A stretch of 64,000 nt of DNA from Candidatus Obscuribacterales bacterium (GTDB lineage Bacteria > Cyanobacteriota > Vampirovibrionia > Obscuribacterales > Obscuribacteraceae). The notes under the pieces were generated by a model that saw nothing but the letters and a program-made list of their open reading frames with translations, made no database searches and was not told the DNA's origin. A program made the translations under genes and the position numbers. The stretch lies in assembly GCA_965228855.1 (NCBI GenBank), contig CBDDIJ010000003.1:1760001-1824000 (forward strand), read 5' to 3'. This document shows, one piece after another, positions 47,699-57,241 of this stretch. The first letter of the stretch is position 1. Each line of letters begins with the position of its first letter.

Positions 47699-48535
47699 AT
47701 GGTGATAGTTATGAACCTCGCAGTTGAAGTAGATAATTTACGCAAAGTGTACGAAGTGCACAAACGGCGTGGACTTTTCGCGAGAGAAAGAACTGAAGTT
47801 GTCTCGGTAGACAACGTCAGCTTCTCGGTGCCTGAAGGACAAGCGCTGGCATTTGTCGGACCAAACGGAGCCGGAAAATCTACGACCATTCGGATGTTGA
47901 CCGGCATCTTGAGACCGACAAGCGGATCTGCGCGAGTTCTGGGATTCGACCCGTGGAAGGATAGAGCGCGTATGGCGTTTCACATCGGAGCGGTGTTTGG
48001 TCAACGGTCACAGTTGTGGTATCACTTGCCTGCAGGCGATACATTCGACCTGCTCGCAAGGATCTACAACATCGATCCGCGTGAGTATAAGAAACGCCGA
48101 GACGAGCTTGTCGAGCGCTTCGACCTCGGAGCGTTGATAGACGTTCCGGTCAGAAAGTTATCGCTCGGTCAGAGAATGAGAGCTGAGGTGGCCGCAAGTT
48201 TGCTGCATAAACCCAAATTGCTTATGCTCGACGAGCCGACAATCGGCCTCGACATCAACGCGCGCCATCAATTGCGCGAACTCATCCGGGAGTGGAATCG
48301 TCGAGATGGTCTCACCGTCTTCTTAACGAGCCACGATACCGGCGACATCGAAAGTGTCGCAGAGCGCGTGATAATCATAAATCACGGTCGCATCGTTCTC
48401 GATGATACCGTCGACGATCTCCGGAATAGAAAGGAATTCGCCGGATTGAGCCTGGAAGATGCTCTCGCTCACATTTACGGACTTGAGCATGACGCCAGTC
48501 TCGACGACGACAAAGTGGAGGCACTCATATCATGA
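47699..48535 (+). CDS. ABC transporter ATP-binding protein (ABC-2 drug-exporter type)
   Basis: GPNGAGKST, FGQRSQLW, LSLGQRMR, LDEPTIGLD, LTSH. Confidence 0.95.
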   Translation: MVIVMNLAVEVDNLRKVYEVHKRRGLFARERTEVVSVDNVSFSVPEGQALAFVGPNGAGKSTTIRMLTGILRPTSGSARVLGFDPWKDRARMAFHIGAVFGQRSQLWYHLPAGDTFDLLARIYNIDPREYKKRRDELVERFDLGALIDVPVRKLSLGQRMRAEVAASLLHKPKLLMLDEPTIGLDINARHQLRELIREWNRRDGLTVFLTSHDTGDIESVAERVIIINHGRIVLDDTVDDLRNRKEFAGLSLEDALAHIYGLEHDASLDDDKVEALIS

Positions 48536-49329
48536 GCGCTTTGAAAAAATACTGGGCCATCGCCTGGATATCCGCGAAATCGAATCTCGCTTATGTCAGT
48601 GAAGTTTGGAGCAGATTGTTCTTCCTCGCTGTCATCCTCTACGTCTTCATGTGCGTTTGGAAAGCGACATTCGCTAATAATCCGGCAGGTCGATTCGAAG
48701 GATTCACCTTGAATGAAATCGTCTGGTACCTGGCCTTCGCGGAAGCGATCATAATGTCTTCTCCGCGCGTGACTCCACTCGTTGATGAGGACGTGAGAAC
48801 CGGAGCCATTGCCGTGCAGTTGGTGCGACCTCTGTCGTACCCTCTGTACAGGCTCGCCTCCAACTTTGGAGAACAGATTGTTCGCTTTGCCACCACATTC
48901 TTTGCGGCGGCAGTGATAGCAGTTGTTCTTGGCGGAGTCCCCGACAACTTCGCGACCGGATTGCTCTTTGCCTTGATCGTGTTGCCTTTCGCATTTGTTC
49001 TCGACTTCCTTGGATATTTGCTGGTAGGGCTCAGCGCTTTCTGGTTCGAAGATACGACCGGACTCGCTCTCATCTATTCACGATTGACGATGATAGCTGG
49101 AGGCATGCTTCTCCCGCTGGAATTGTTTCCCGAGAACTTTCGGCTTATATTGAAGGGTTTGCCCTTCGCATACATCGTGAATGGACCGGCCGGTTTGTTC
49201 GTACATCCGGACTTAACGGTATTAGGAATGGTGCTGGCCAATCAGCTAGTCTGGATAGCCGTGTTCAGTTTGCTCGTCGCGGCTGTATACAGAAAAGCGC
49301 TTGGACGCATCGCCTTGAATGGAGGATAA
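48532..49329 (+). CDS. ABC-2 type permease (DUF990-like)
   Basis: Multi-TM; DVRTGAIAVQLVRPLSY, GGMLLPLELFP, LPFAY; ATGA overlap. Confidence 0.9.
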   Translation: MSALKKYWAIAWISAKSNLAYVSEVWSRLFFLAVILYVFMCVWKATFANNPAGRFEGFTLNEIVWYLAFAEAIIMSSPRVTPLVDEDVRTGAIAVQLVRPLSYPLYRLASNFGEQIVRFATTFFAAAVIAVVLGGVPDNFATGLLFALIVLPFAFVLDFLGYLLVGLSAFWFEDTTGLALIYSRLTMIAGGMLLPLELFPENFRLILKGLPFAYIVNGPAGLFVHPDLTVLGMVLANQLVWIAVFSLLVAAVYRKALGRIALNGG

Positions 49330-49330
49330 A

Positions 49331-50128
49331 ATGTGGAATAGATTATTCAACTATCTCGGTCTTGCTGTTGCCTACTTTGGATTCAACTTCAAAGCGCAAC
49401 TCGAGTACCGCACTGCATTCGTCTCTCAATCGTTCGCAATGTTTTTGAACGACTGCATATGGCTTGTTTACTTCATCATGTTCTTTGATCGATTCAACGT
49501 CGTCAAAGGATGGCAAGCTGAAGACGTAGCGACACTATGGGCGGTGACTGCCGCGGGTTTCGGAATCGGGCACAGTCTGTTCGGTAACTCGCTCGGTTTA
49601 GCCCGGATCATTGCGAATGGCGACCTGGACGGATGGCTCTTGTATCCAAGGGCTCTTCTGCCGCACGTCGTCCTCGGCAAAATGAGCGCCAGTTCGTTCG
49701 GAGACGCTATATTCGGATATGTAGTGTATCTGGTCGTAGTGAGACCGGATTTGCCACACTTTCTCCTGTTCACAGCACTCACGTTCAGCGTAGCATTGCT
49801 GTTTCTAGGGTTCAGTGTTCTCACCGGCAGTTTGAGCTTTTTCATAGGCAACGGAGATAGCTTAAGCGAAGGCTGGCGCAACGCCCTGATTGCATTCAGC
49901 ACCTATCCGATGGATCTGTTTGACGGTAAAACCAAGCTGTTGTTATTGACGATAATACCTGCAGCTTACGTCAGCGGATTTCCAGTCGAGGCGCTCAGGA
50001 AGCTGTCGCTTTTGCACGCGGCATATAGCCTTCTTGGAGCACTGGCAGTAGTGGCAACAGCCGCGATCGTGTTTCATCTCGGATTGAGGCGCTACGAGTC
50101 AGGCAATATGGTGGCAATGCGCGGGTAG
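49331..50128 (+). CDS. ABC-2 type permease (DUF990-like)
   Basis: LEYRTAF, GDLDGWLLYP, FSTYPMDLF, GLRRYESG; GGAGG before ATG 49331. Confidence 0.9.
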   Translation: MWNRLFNYLGLAVAYFGFNFKAQLEYRTAFVSQSFAMFLNDCIWLVYFIMFFDRFNVVKGWQAEDVATLWAVTAAGFGIGHSLFGNSLGLARIIANGDLDGWLLYPRALLPHVVLGKMSASSFGDAIFGYVVYLVVVRPDLPHFLLFTALTFSVALLFLGFSVLTGSLSFFIGNGDSLSEGWRNALIAFSTYPMDLFDGKTKLLLLTIIPAAYVSGFPVEALRKLSLLHAAYSLLGALAVVATAAIVFHLGLRRYESGNMVAMRG

Positions 50129-50130
50129 AG

Positions 50131-50166
50131 AGAAACGGGAGAGCGGAAACGCTTTCCCGTTTCTTA
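50131..50166. terminator. Terminator between convergent genes
   Basis: AGAAACGGGAGAGCG-GAAA-CGCTTTCCCGTTTCT. Confidence 0.8.
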
Positions 50167-50217
50167 TGCGCAAAACCTTCGAGATTACCGTATACAAACC
50201 GGGGTGAACGCGAAACA

Positions 50218-51282
50218 TCAACAGCGAGCGACAGCCGGGGTGACAGGCTCTTTTCCTATTAAACGAGAAGCGTGCGAGGTGGCAGCAAGATAGATCGGTT
50301 TAGGATTCAAACTAAACTCGCGCAGACACGCCTCGGCAAATTTCACAGCATGTTCGTCTTTTGTATTTACAGCCCTGTCAACTAGCTCCTCATGTGTTTC
50401 TTCAACATGATCGCAACCAGTGAATCTGCCATCCTGACCAGATACTGAATACAATCCCATAGCGGTCTGCCAGGCATAACTCAATACTGAATCATAATCA
50501 TTGCCATCAATGTAAGGAAGCAATATTCGCAGCATGCTCGGAGCCGTCACGGTGTGGATGAAAGTAATCGCATGTCCGATGTGACTTGCGTTGGCAAGGT
50601 AGCAACCAGCAGTCATCTCGGTAAGTTCCGATAGGAATCGATTGGCATCGCCTGTGACATCAATATCATTCACGACCGGTTTAAAATCAACGAACTCAAG
50701 AGCCTGCATCGATTCTTCGATCAATTTATACTTTCCGAGTTCTTCTCGCGGAACGATGGGAACGCTCTCAATCGCAGTTCCAGGTCGCATCTTGCCCGCA
50801 TCTCGTTGCCGTTCTCCCGGCAGGTGATGAAACGAGGAAGCCCAGTAGGCAAGCCCCTCAGCCAGTTCATTCAAACGAAGTTGGTTTTCCCCGTGAGTGA
50901 GAGTTCGAACTGCATGACCTGTTCGAATGATGCCGTGCGTTCCACCTGCCATCATTCCTGGTGCTAATGTCGGCGCCCACTTCCGAATTACGGACTGCCA
51001 TGGTCTTTCTTTCAACTGGTTCTGAAAGAAAACATCCCAATCGCCGCAGCGTTCAAACTTACCAAGCGCCTCTTGCCAGTTCTCGACGCTTATCGGGTCT
51101 CGCGGCTGGGGATGCTCGCGCAGCCGCTTCCTGTAACTCTCCGCCCAGGAGATGACACCGTCTGGTCTACCAAGAGTTATCATCGCCTCAGAGGCCATAG
51201 GACCATGATTTGAAAAGCCTACTCCGAACTCCGGTCCTGTATTCTCTAAAATCTCCAGAGCTTCATCAATTGTGGTTTCCAT
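50218..51282 (-). CDS. Questin oxidase / DUF4243-like protein
   Basis: FSNHGPMASEAM, THGIIRTGHAVR, ELAEGLAYWA, FIHTVTAP, DEHAVKFAEA; ATG 51282 with GAGGA RBS. Confidence 0.82.
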   Translation of the reverse strand: METTIDEALEILENTGPEFGVGFSNHGPMASEAMITLGRPDGVISWAESYRKRLREHPQPRDPISVENWQEALGKFERCGDWDVFFQNQLKERPWQSVIRKWAPTLAPGMMAGGTHGIIRTGHAVRTLTHGENQLRLNELAEGLAYWASSFHHLPGERQRDAGKMRPGTAIESVPIVPREELGKYKLIEESMQALEFVDFKPVVNDIDVTGDANRFLSELTEMTAGCYLANASHIGHAITFIHTVTAPSMLRILLPYIDGNDYDSVLSYAWQTAMGLYSVSGQDGRFTGCDHVEETHEELVDRAVNTKDEHAVKFAEACLREFSLNPKPIYLAATSHASRLIGKEPVTPAVARC

Positions 51283-51383
51283 GCTGTCCTCGTTGGCAGA
51301 GACAGATACATCATAGCAGTGATGAGATATGATCATATTTGAAGTTCCTCAGCCCGTTTGAAATTGTTCGGAGTATAGAGTTG

Positions 51384-52283
51384 ATGACTAAACACAGACT
51401 GTGTTTTTCGGTCGTATCACTGGCAGTGGTATCACTTATATCCAGCTGCCTCCCTATGCAAGACCTACCCCGTCCCGGTGATGACGAGGCTGCTGATGCA
51501 GAGGGTTTCTTTACATCACACAAGTATGCAGAAGCCATCCCGCTCCTGGAAACGGCTGTGAAGAAACAGGCCATGTTCGGCTCGGCAAGCAGGGATCTGA
51601 ACTATTCAAAATTGCAGTTGGGTCAGTGTTACGCAAGAACGGGCAACTATGAGGAGGCAACAAAAAATCTCTTACAGTGTCTTCCTTATGTCACCCTCGT
51701 GCAAGGAGAATGCCTTGAAGAACTGGGCGACGTCGCAGTTAAGCAGAATCAACTTTCCTCTGCTGAAGCGTATTATTCGGATGCTATAAAATGGCACGAA
51801 AAGAATAAGGATCAATTCAACGTTGTCGTCGAGAAGCAGAAACTGGCACGTGTAGCTGAGAAGCTGAAGAAATACGAGCTTGCCGAATCACTGCTGGTGT
51901 GGCTAAACGACAACGAATGCAAAAGATACACTGGCATTGCAAAAGCTTATGGTCCCTTCGATCTGGCCGAGTACTACGATCGGATTGGCAAGAAGGACAA
52001 GGCGCAGTCCTTTTATCTGGAAACTATCAACATCATGGAGAAGGAGCATAAGGGTGGTCCTCAATACACCGGCTATTACTACATGAAACTGGGCGACTTC
52101 TATGCAAAAAACAAGGATACAACGAAGGCTAAGGCTTCATATCAAAAGGCCCTGGACCTCTATAAAGGACGAAAGCTGCTGAGTGAGCCACCGCCGGACA
52201 ATGGCATAATAGAGGAACATCCGTCGGTCGAGATTTATGAAACCGACCGCATCGAAACACAGAAGAAGCTCGACGCGATCTAA
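51384..52283 (+). CDS. TPR-repeat putative lipoprotein
   Basis: Lipobox-like LISSC; multiple TPRs (LGQCYARTGNYEEA, LGDFYAKNKDTTKAKASYQKAL). Confidence 0.8.
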   Translation: MTKHRLCFSVVSLAVVSLISSCLPMQDLPRPGDDEAADAEGFFTSHKYAEAIPLLETAVKKQAMFGSASRDLNYSKLQLGQCYARTGNYEEATKNLLQCLPYVTLVQGECLEELGDVAVKQNQLSSAEAYYSDAIKWHEKNKDQFNVVVEKQKLARVAEKLKKYELAESLLVWLNDNECKRYTGIAKAYGPFDLAEYYDRIGKKDKAQSFYLETINIMEKEHKGGPQYTGYYYMKLGDFYAKNKDTTKAKASYQKALDLYKGRKLLSEPPPDNGIIEEHPSVEIYETDRIETQKKLDAI

Positions 52284-52373
52284 CGCTGCTATCTTGACAT
52301 TTGACAGATCACCTCGTGGGCTGGGGATTATGCTACGATCAGGCGTTCAAGGAATTCTCGCACGGAGAGTCAT

Positions 52374-53153
52374 TTGATTCTTATGATTAAAACTGTCGCG
52401 CCTGCTCTGAAAGCATTAGTTTCGGATCTCATAGATTATGCCGGACTCTATCCGCCGGCAAAACTGCCTATCGAGGATGCAATCGCAAACTTCGTCGAAT
52501 ATGAATCCGGAAACCATTCCTGGATGCTGCGCTGGTTTGTTGTAGGCGCCGGAGAGCTCGATAAAGTTCCCGACAGTTTGAACGGCAAGTTGTCCGTTCT
52601 GACCGACAGCGAGGAGAAACGTGCCGCAAGTCTGGAAACCAGCACCATTTTTGCTGCCGCGCGACCTGTCTACTGCGAGATCCCTTTCACAGATCTACAA
52701 AAGCTCGACGAGATAAAATCGTCAGGGTGTTTTGCGAAAATGCGCACCGGTGGTATAAAGCCTGAAGCCATTCCGTCACCGTCAATGGTGTCATCTTTTA
52801 TACTGGCTTGCGCAGAGCGACGACTGCCGTTTAAAGCTACCGCAGGTCTGCACCACCCTATCCGAAAGGAATACGCCCTCACATACGACGCGGATGCTCC
52901 GAGAGGCACGATGCATGGTTTTATTAACGTGCTGATGGCATCGGCGTTTGCATGGAGCGGCGATAAAGAGATCGAGAAGATCATCGAAGAAACCGATCCA
53001 ACCGCTTTTCGTTTCGACGACAAAGCTTGCTGGCGAGACAAATCATTGAGCGCCGACCAAGTTCGTGACGCTCGACAAAACTTCATGCACGCTATCGGCT
53101 CGTGCTCCTTTGAAGAACCTGTTCAAGACCTGCAGGCACTGGGTCTCCTCTAA
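52374..53153 (+). CDS. Conserved hypothetical protein (IDYAGLxPP / KATAGLHH family)
   Basis: LIDYAGLYPPA, AKMRTGG, PFKATAGLHHP, MHGFINV, GSCSFEEP; ATG 52383 is an alternative start. Confidence 0.8.
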   Translation: MILMIKTVAPALKALVSDLIDYAGLYPPAKLPIEDAIANFVEYESGNHSWMLRWFVVGAGELDKVPDSLNGKLSVLTDSEEKRAASLETSTIFAAARPVYCEIPFTDLQKLDEIKSSGCFAKMRTGGIKPEAIPSPSMVSSFILACAERRLPFKATAGLHHPIRKEYALTYDADAPRGTMHGFINVLMASAFAWSGDKEIEKIIEETDPTAFRFDDKACWRDKSLSADQVRDARQNFMHAIGSCSFEEPVQDLQALGLL

Positions 53154-53154
53154 A

Positions 53155-54360
53155 ATGAGCAGTGAAAACAACATCCATCTCTCAGATCGAGTTATCGCAA
53201 TTCCGAGTTCAAACATTCGCGATTCAATGAAAAGGGTAGCTTTGGAAACGGCTCGCGGCGAAGTCGTAAATCTGGCGCAGGGACTACCAGAATTTCCAGC
53301 ACCAGATGTAGTGAAGCAAGCGGCAAAAGACGCTATCGACTCAAATCACAATCAGTATTGCGACACATGGGGTCATCCGCCTCTTCGTGAGGCGATAGCA
53401 AACAAATATTTGAACCATTACGGCTTGAAGGTCGACCCGCAGAACGAAATTACAGTAACCTGCGGTGTCAGCGAAGCTGTTAATTGCGCACTACTGACGG
53501 TGCTCAACCCGGGCGACGAGGTTATAGTTTTCGAGCCGTTCTATGAAAACTATTTTGCAAATATCATCATCGCCAACGCGACTGTGAAATACGTCAAATT
53601 GCATAAGCCCGATTACACGTTTTTCGAAGAAGAACTAGCCTCCGCATTTAATGACAAAACGCGCGCAATTATCATCAACAATCCGAACAATCCGACGACA
53701 CGGGTTTTCACGAGAGAAGAGTTAGAATCGATCGCAAAGCTTTGCCAGAAGTGGAATACAGTAGCGGTGTGCGATGAGATCTATGAACATATGGTTTACG
53801 ACGGACGTAAGCACACAGTGATGGCAACACTGCCGGGAATGGAAGATCGCACTTTCACATGTTCCGGTCTCTCAAAGTCCTACAATCTTACCGGTTGGCG
53901 TGTCGGCTGGGTAATAGCGCCGGAAGCTTACACTGCAAATCTGCGAAAAATTCACGACTATTTGACGTTGGTTGCACCGACTCCGCTGCAGTATGCAGGC
54001 ATAACAGCGTTGCAACTGCCAGCCGAGTATTACACTGACCTGACCGAGAAATACACCGTTCTTAGAGACCAACTGAGCGACTCACTTCTCGATGCTGGAT
54101 TTGAACTTTTGCGCCCGCAGGGGACTTACTTCGCGCTTGCTGATTGTTCAAAACTCGGTTTCGCCAACGATCGTGAAGCGGTTGACTTCATGGCAAGAGA
54201 ACTACGGGTAGTGGCGGTTTCCGGATTTAGTTTCTTCCGTCCCGACACCGTAAGCCAGGCAATTCGCTTCTGTTTTGCAAAGCAAATTCAGACACTCGAA
54301 CGCGCCGGTCAACAACTGCGTCCAATGAAAGAAATGCGGCAAAAAGAAAGGAGCGTTTAA
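53155..54360 (+). CDS. PLP-dependent aminotransferase class I/II
   Basis: NLAQGLPEF, NNPNNPT, DEIY, SGLSKSYNLTGWRVG, IRFCFAK. Confidence 0.93.
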   Translation: MSSENNIHLSDRVIAIPSSNIRDSMKRVALETARGEVVNLAQGLPEFPAPDVVKQAAKDAIDSNHNQYCDTWGHPPLREAIANKYLNHYGLKVDPQNEITVTCGVSEAVNCALLTVLNPGDEVIVFEPFYENYFANIIIANATVKYVKLHKPDYTFFEEELASAFNDKTRAIIINNPNNPTTRVFTREELESIAKLCQKWNTVAVCDEIYEHMVYDGRKHTVMATLPGMEDRTFTCSGLSKSYNLTGWRVGWVIAPEAYTANLRKIHDYLTLVAPTPLQYAGITALQLPAEYYTDLTEKYTVLRDQLSDSLLDAGFELLRPQGTYFALADCSKLGFANDREAVDFMARELRVVAVSGFSFFRPDTVSQAIRFCFAKQIQTLERAGQQLRPMKEMRQKERSV

Positions 54361-54362
54361 AA

Positions 54363-55247
54363 GTGGAAGTTCATTTACTGGATGGCACCTACGAACTTTT
54401 TAGACACTACTTTGGTGTGCCCAAATCATTGAATGCTGACGGACAGGAAATCGGTGCCGTTCGCGGAGTGCTCGCATCGGTCGTTTCAATGTTCGCGAAG
54501 GGCGCGACACACGTAGGCGTAGCCACTGATCATGTGATCGAGTCGTTCAGGAACGAACTATTTCCTTACTACAAAACCGGCGAAGGCATCCCCGAAGACC
54601 TCTGGTCACAGTTTCCACTGCTCGAAGAAGCACTAGACTCCATGGGAGTAAAGGTCTGGGCGATGGTCGAATTCGAAGCAGATGATGCTTTAGCTGCAGC
54701 GGCACAGAAAGCCGCCCAAGATTCTAGAGTAGAGCGAGTGATAATTTGCACTCCGGACAAAGATCTCGGTCAATCTGTCGTTGGCACAAAAATCGTTCAA
54801 ATGGACAGGCGCCGTGATACTATCCGCGATGAAGCCGGAGTGATTGAAAAGTTTGGGGTTCGTCCCGAATCGATACCGGATTTTCTCGGAGTAGTTGGTG
54901 ATACCGCCGATGGTATTCCAGGTCTGCCTAGATGGGGAGCCAAGGCGGCAGCCTCGGTATTATCGGTTTATCCGCATTTAGAAGACATTCCTAAAGATCC
55001 GAAGCAGTGGCCGTCTTCTATAAGAGGCGCCGGCACCTTAGCAGCGACCTTATTCGAGAAGTGGGAAGAAGCGCTTTTATATAGGAAACTGGCAACGTTG
55101 AGAACGGATGTCGATGTTTTCTCGAACGTTGATGAGCTGGAATGGAAGGGTCCGCAACCGGCGTTTGAAGAAAACTGCAAGCGATTGAAAGCGCTAGACG
55201 TGTACAAACGTGCTCAAGCTGTAGCCGCGCCAAAGCTGAAAGCATGA
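54363..55247 (+). CDS. Stand-alone 5'-3' exonuclease / flap endonuclease
   Basis: LLDG, YKTG, EADDAL, DKD, GDTADGIPGLPRWGAKAA; no polymerase domain. Confidence 0.92.
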   Translation: MEVHLLDGTYELFRHYFGVPKSLNADGQEIGAVRGVLASVVSMFAKGATHVGVATDHVIESFRNELFPYYKTGEGIPEDLWSQFPLLEEALDSMGVKVWAMVEFEADDALAAAAQKAAQDSRVERVIICTPDKDLGQSVVGTKIVQMDRRRDTIRDEAGVIEKFGVRPESIPDFLGVVGDTADGIPGLPRWGAKAAASVLSVYPHLEDIPKDPKQWPSSIRGAGTLAATLFEKWEEALLYRKLATLRTDVDVFSNVDELEWKGPQPAFEENCKRLKALDVYKRAQAVAAPKLKA

Positions 55248-55256
55248 GGCGACAAA

Positions 55257-56096
55257 GTGTTTTACATTTTCACCAGTCTAGTTGCCGCCGGCATGATGGG
55301 AGCTGGCGATTTCTTCGGTGGACTCGCGGCTAAGCGGGCACCGGTAGCGCTGGTCGGTTTCATCGGACAAATAATCGGCTTGATTGTGGTGGCCGCGCTT
55401 CTTCTGGTTGGTTCTGAAAACTTTGCATACGCACCATTCATCATTGGCGTCAGTGCGGGTGCATGCGGAAGCGTCGCTCTTCTGTCGCTTTATCGAGGGC
55501 TTGCGATCGGACGAGTCGCAATCGTTGCACCGGTATCAGCGGTTCTCGGAGCATTATTGCCGGTCGTGGTCGCCATTTTCACCGGCCACGAATTTGGCAT
55601 ACCAAAATGGATAGGAATAATTTCCGGACTTGCAGCAGTCTACGTATTATCACTTCCAGGCACAGAGGAAGACGAGCAAAGTAAGGAAAGCGGACTGATG
55701 CTCGCCATAGTCGCTGGAGTCGCGCTAGCGTTTTTCTACATGCTATTGGGCAATGAAGAAACCCATGGCAGTATCTGGACGTTACTCGGCGAACGCTGCT
55801 CCGTCGTCCTGGTCATGCTTGCGGTTATGCTGATCCGCCGTCAGTTTTCGATCAGCAGAAAAACTCCCGCGCTTTCCTACATTATTACGGCGGGAGTCTG
55901 CGACATCATCGGCAATTTGTCATTCCTGCACAGCGCAGCTCACGGACCACTACCGATGGTGGCACTTATAAGTTCTCTTTACCCGGCAATGACAATCTTC
56001 CTGGGCTGGCTGCTGTTAAAAGAACCTCTCACCAAAAGACTCTTCCTCGGAATTTCGTTGGCTTTCATATGTATCACTCTGTTCGCGCTGCATTGA
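55257..56096 (+). CDS. EamA/DMT family transporter
   Basis: About ten TM segments; GDFFGG, VAIVAPVS, SSLYPAMTIFLG...KE. Confidence 0.9.
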   Translation: MFYIFTSLVAAGMMGAGDFFGGLAAKRAPVALVGFIGQIIGLIVVAALLLVGSENFAYAPFIIGVSAGACGSVALLSLYRGLAIGRVAIVAPVSAVLGALLPVVVAIFTGHEFGIPKWIGIISGLAAVYVLSLPGTEEDEQSKESGLMLAIVAGVALAFFYMLLGNEETHGSIWTLLGERCSVVLVMLAVMLIRRQFSISRKTPALSYIITAGVCDIIGNLSFLHSAAHGPLPMVALISSLYPAMTIFLGWLLLKEPLTKRLFLGISLAFICITLFALH

Positions 56097-56102
56097 GAGA
56101 CA

Positions 56103-56483
56103 TTATGCCTCGCGCTTTTGCGCATTAATGCGATCTCTATCTCGAGAAGGTTGCGTGATCTTGTCAATCACTAGCTGAACAACCATTGCCATGATACCCG
56201 CAACGAGAATCACAGGCATAAAGGAAATTCCGACTGCTAATTGCCCTAACTCGTCGGAGTTGTCCGCGATGCTCAGCAGCAGGTTTGACGAGTGAAGGCT
56301 ACTCGCTGCCGAATAGATATGGGGAACGACATAAATCAGCCAAGCTGCTCCCAGAATGGTACCGAACAAGCAAGCCAGAGCAGTAAATCCCTGTATCTCT
56401 CCTTTCCTAATTTTCGCCGTTGCGCGCAGGGAACGGCGCGACATTTTTTTCCACTCTTGCTCTTTGTCGTTAAAATTACTCAT
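56103..56483 (-). CDS. Hypothetical two-TM membrane protein
   Basis: Two hydrophobic helices flanked by charged termini. Confidence 0.6.
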   Translation of the reverse strand: MSNFNDKEQEWKKMSRRSLRATAKIRKGEIQGFTALACLFGTILGAAWLIYVVPHIYSAASSLHSSNLLLSIADNSDELGQLAVGISFMPVILVAGIMAMVVQLVIDKITQPSRDRDRINAQKREA

Positions 56484-56649
56484 GATGGCTCACCGAACTG
56501 ATTTTACTAGTATTACTTTTGCCCGACCGAGGACGAACTTCCTACAGGTTTTAATTAATGAATTCTGCCGAGGTGGTCACAAAAGTTGCTTTCTAACACG
56601 AAGAGCAACTTCTGTAGTTCGCAATACAGTCGAGTCGAATTAATAAAAT

Positions 56650-56847
56650 CGGAAACGCAGCGAGATCAAGGAGCAATTGCAGACAAGGCTACTGGCAGGG
56701 GCTTTCACTGGGCTAGGCAGATTTCGGATCTGCTGATAGGATAGTAACAAGAAAACAAAATAAGCTTTTGATTCGGGGTCCCAGCGTGGTCCCCGTTTCT
56801 CCTTTTTGAGCTCGCCCTGCCGGTTTCCGGCGGGGTCGTTTTCTTTT
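56650..56847 (+). ncRNA. Candidate structured RNA (6S-like RNA or terminator/antiterminator switch)
   Basis: 56649-56677 pairs over ~25 bp with 56795-56830; internal hairpins 56717-56733 and 56774-56795; terminator 56815-56847 with no adjacent upstream plus-strand gene. Confidence 0.6.
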
Positions 56848-56875
56848 GGAGTCAAAATATCCGAGAGGGCAGCAA

Positions 56876-57166
56876 ATGTCACCTTGCAAATTCTGTCAAA
56901 AACAAATTGATGAATCGAGCCTCTGGTGCCGGTTCTGCCAGCGAGTCGTAAAGGAGGAGCTTGCCAAACTTTGCCCCAGTTGCGCTGAATCTATAATAAG
57001 GTGGAGCCGCGTATGTCGATTCTGCGATGCTGCGATTTCCTTCAGCCAGACAAAAGACGACGATAACGATGAGTTCGGGGGCATCTACGCCAAAGTTTCG
57101 CCAGACCCACCCGAGGGCCCATCTTACGCCGCGTACTTGATTCCCAGAGGCGTGGAAAACAAGTGA
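56876..57166 (+). CDS. Double zinc-ribbon protein
   Basis: CKFC, CRFC, CPSC, CRFC; GAGG before ATG 56876. Confidence 0.72.
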   Translation: MSPCKFCQKQIDESSLWCRFCQRVVKEELAKLCPSCAESIIRWSRVCRFCDAAISFSQTKDDDNDEFGGIYAKVSPDPPEGPSYAAYLIPRGVENK

Positions 57167-57241
57167 CCGCAACGCCGAGTTTTGTGCGACACTTTGTTCA
57201 TTAGACTAACCGGTCTATCAACTCCGGACTTCAGGTGAATC

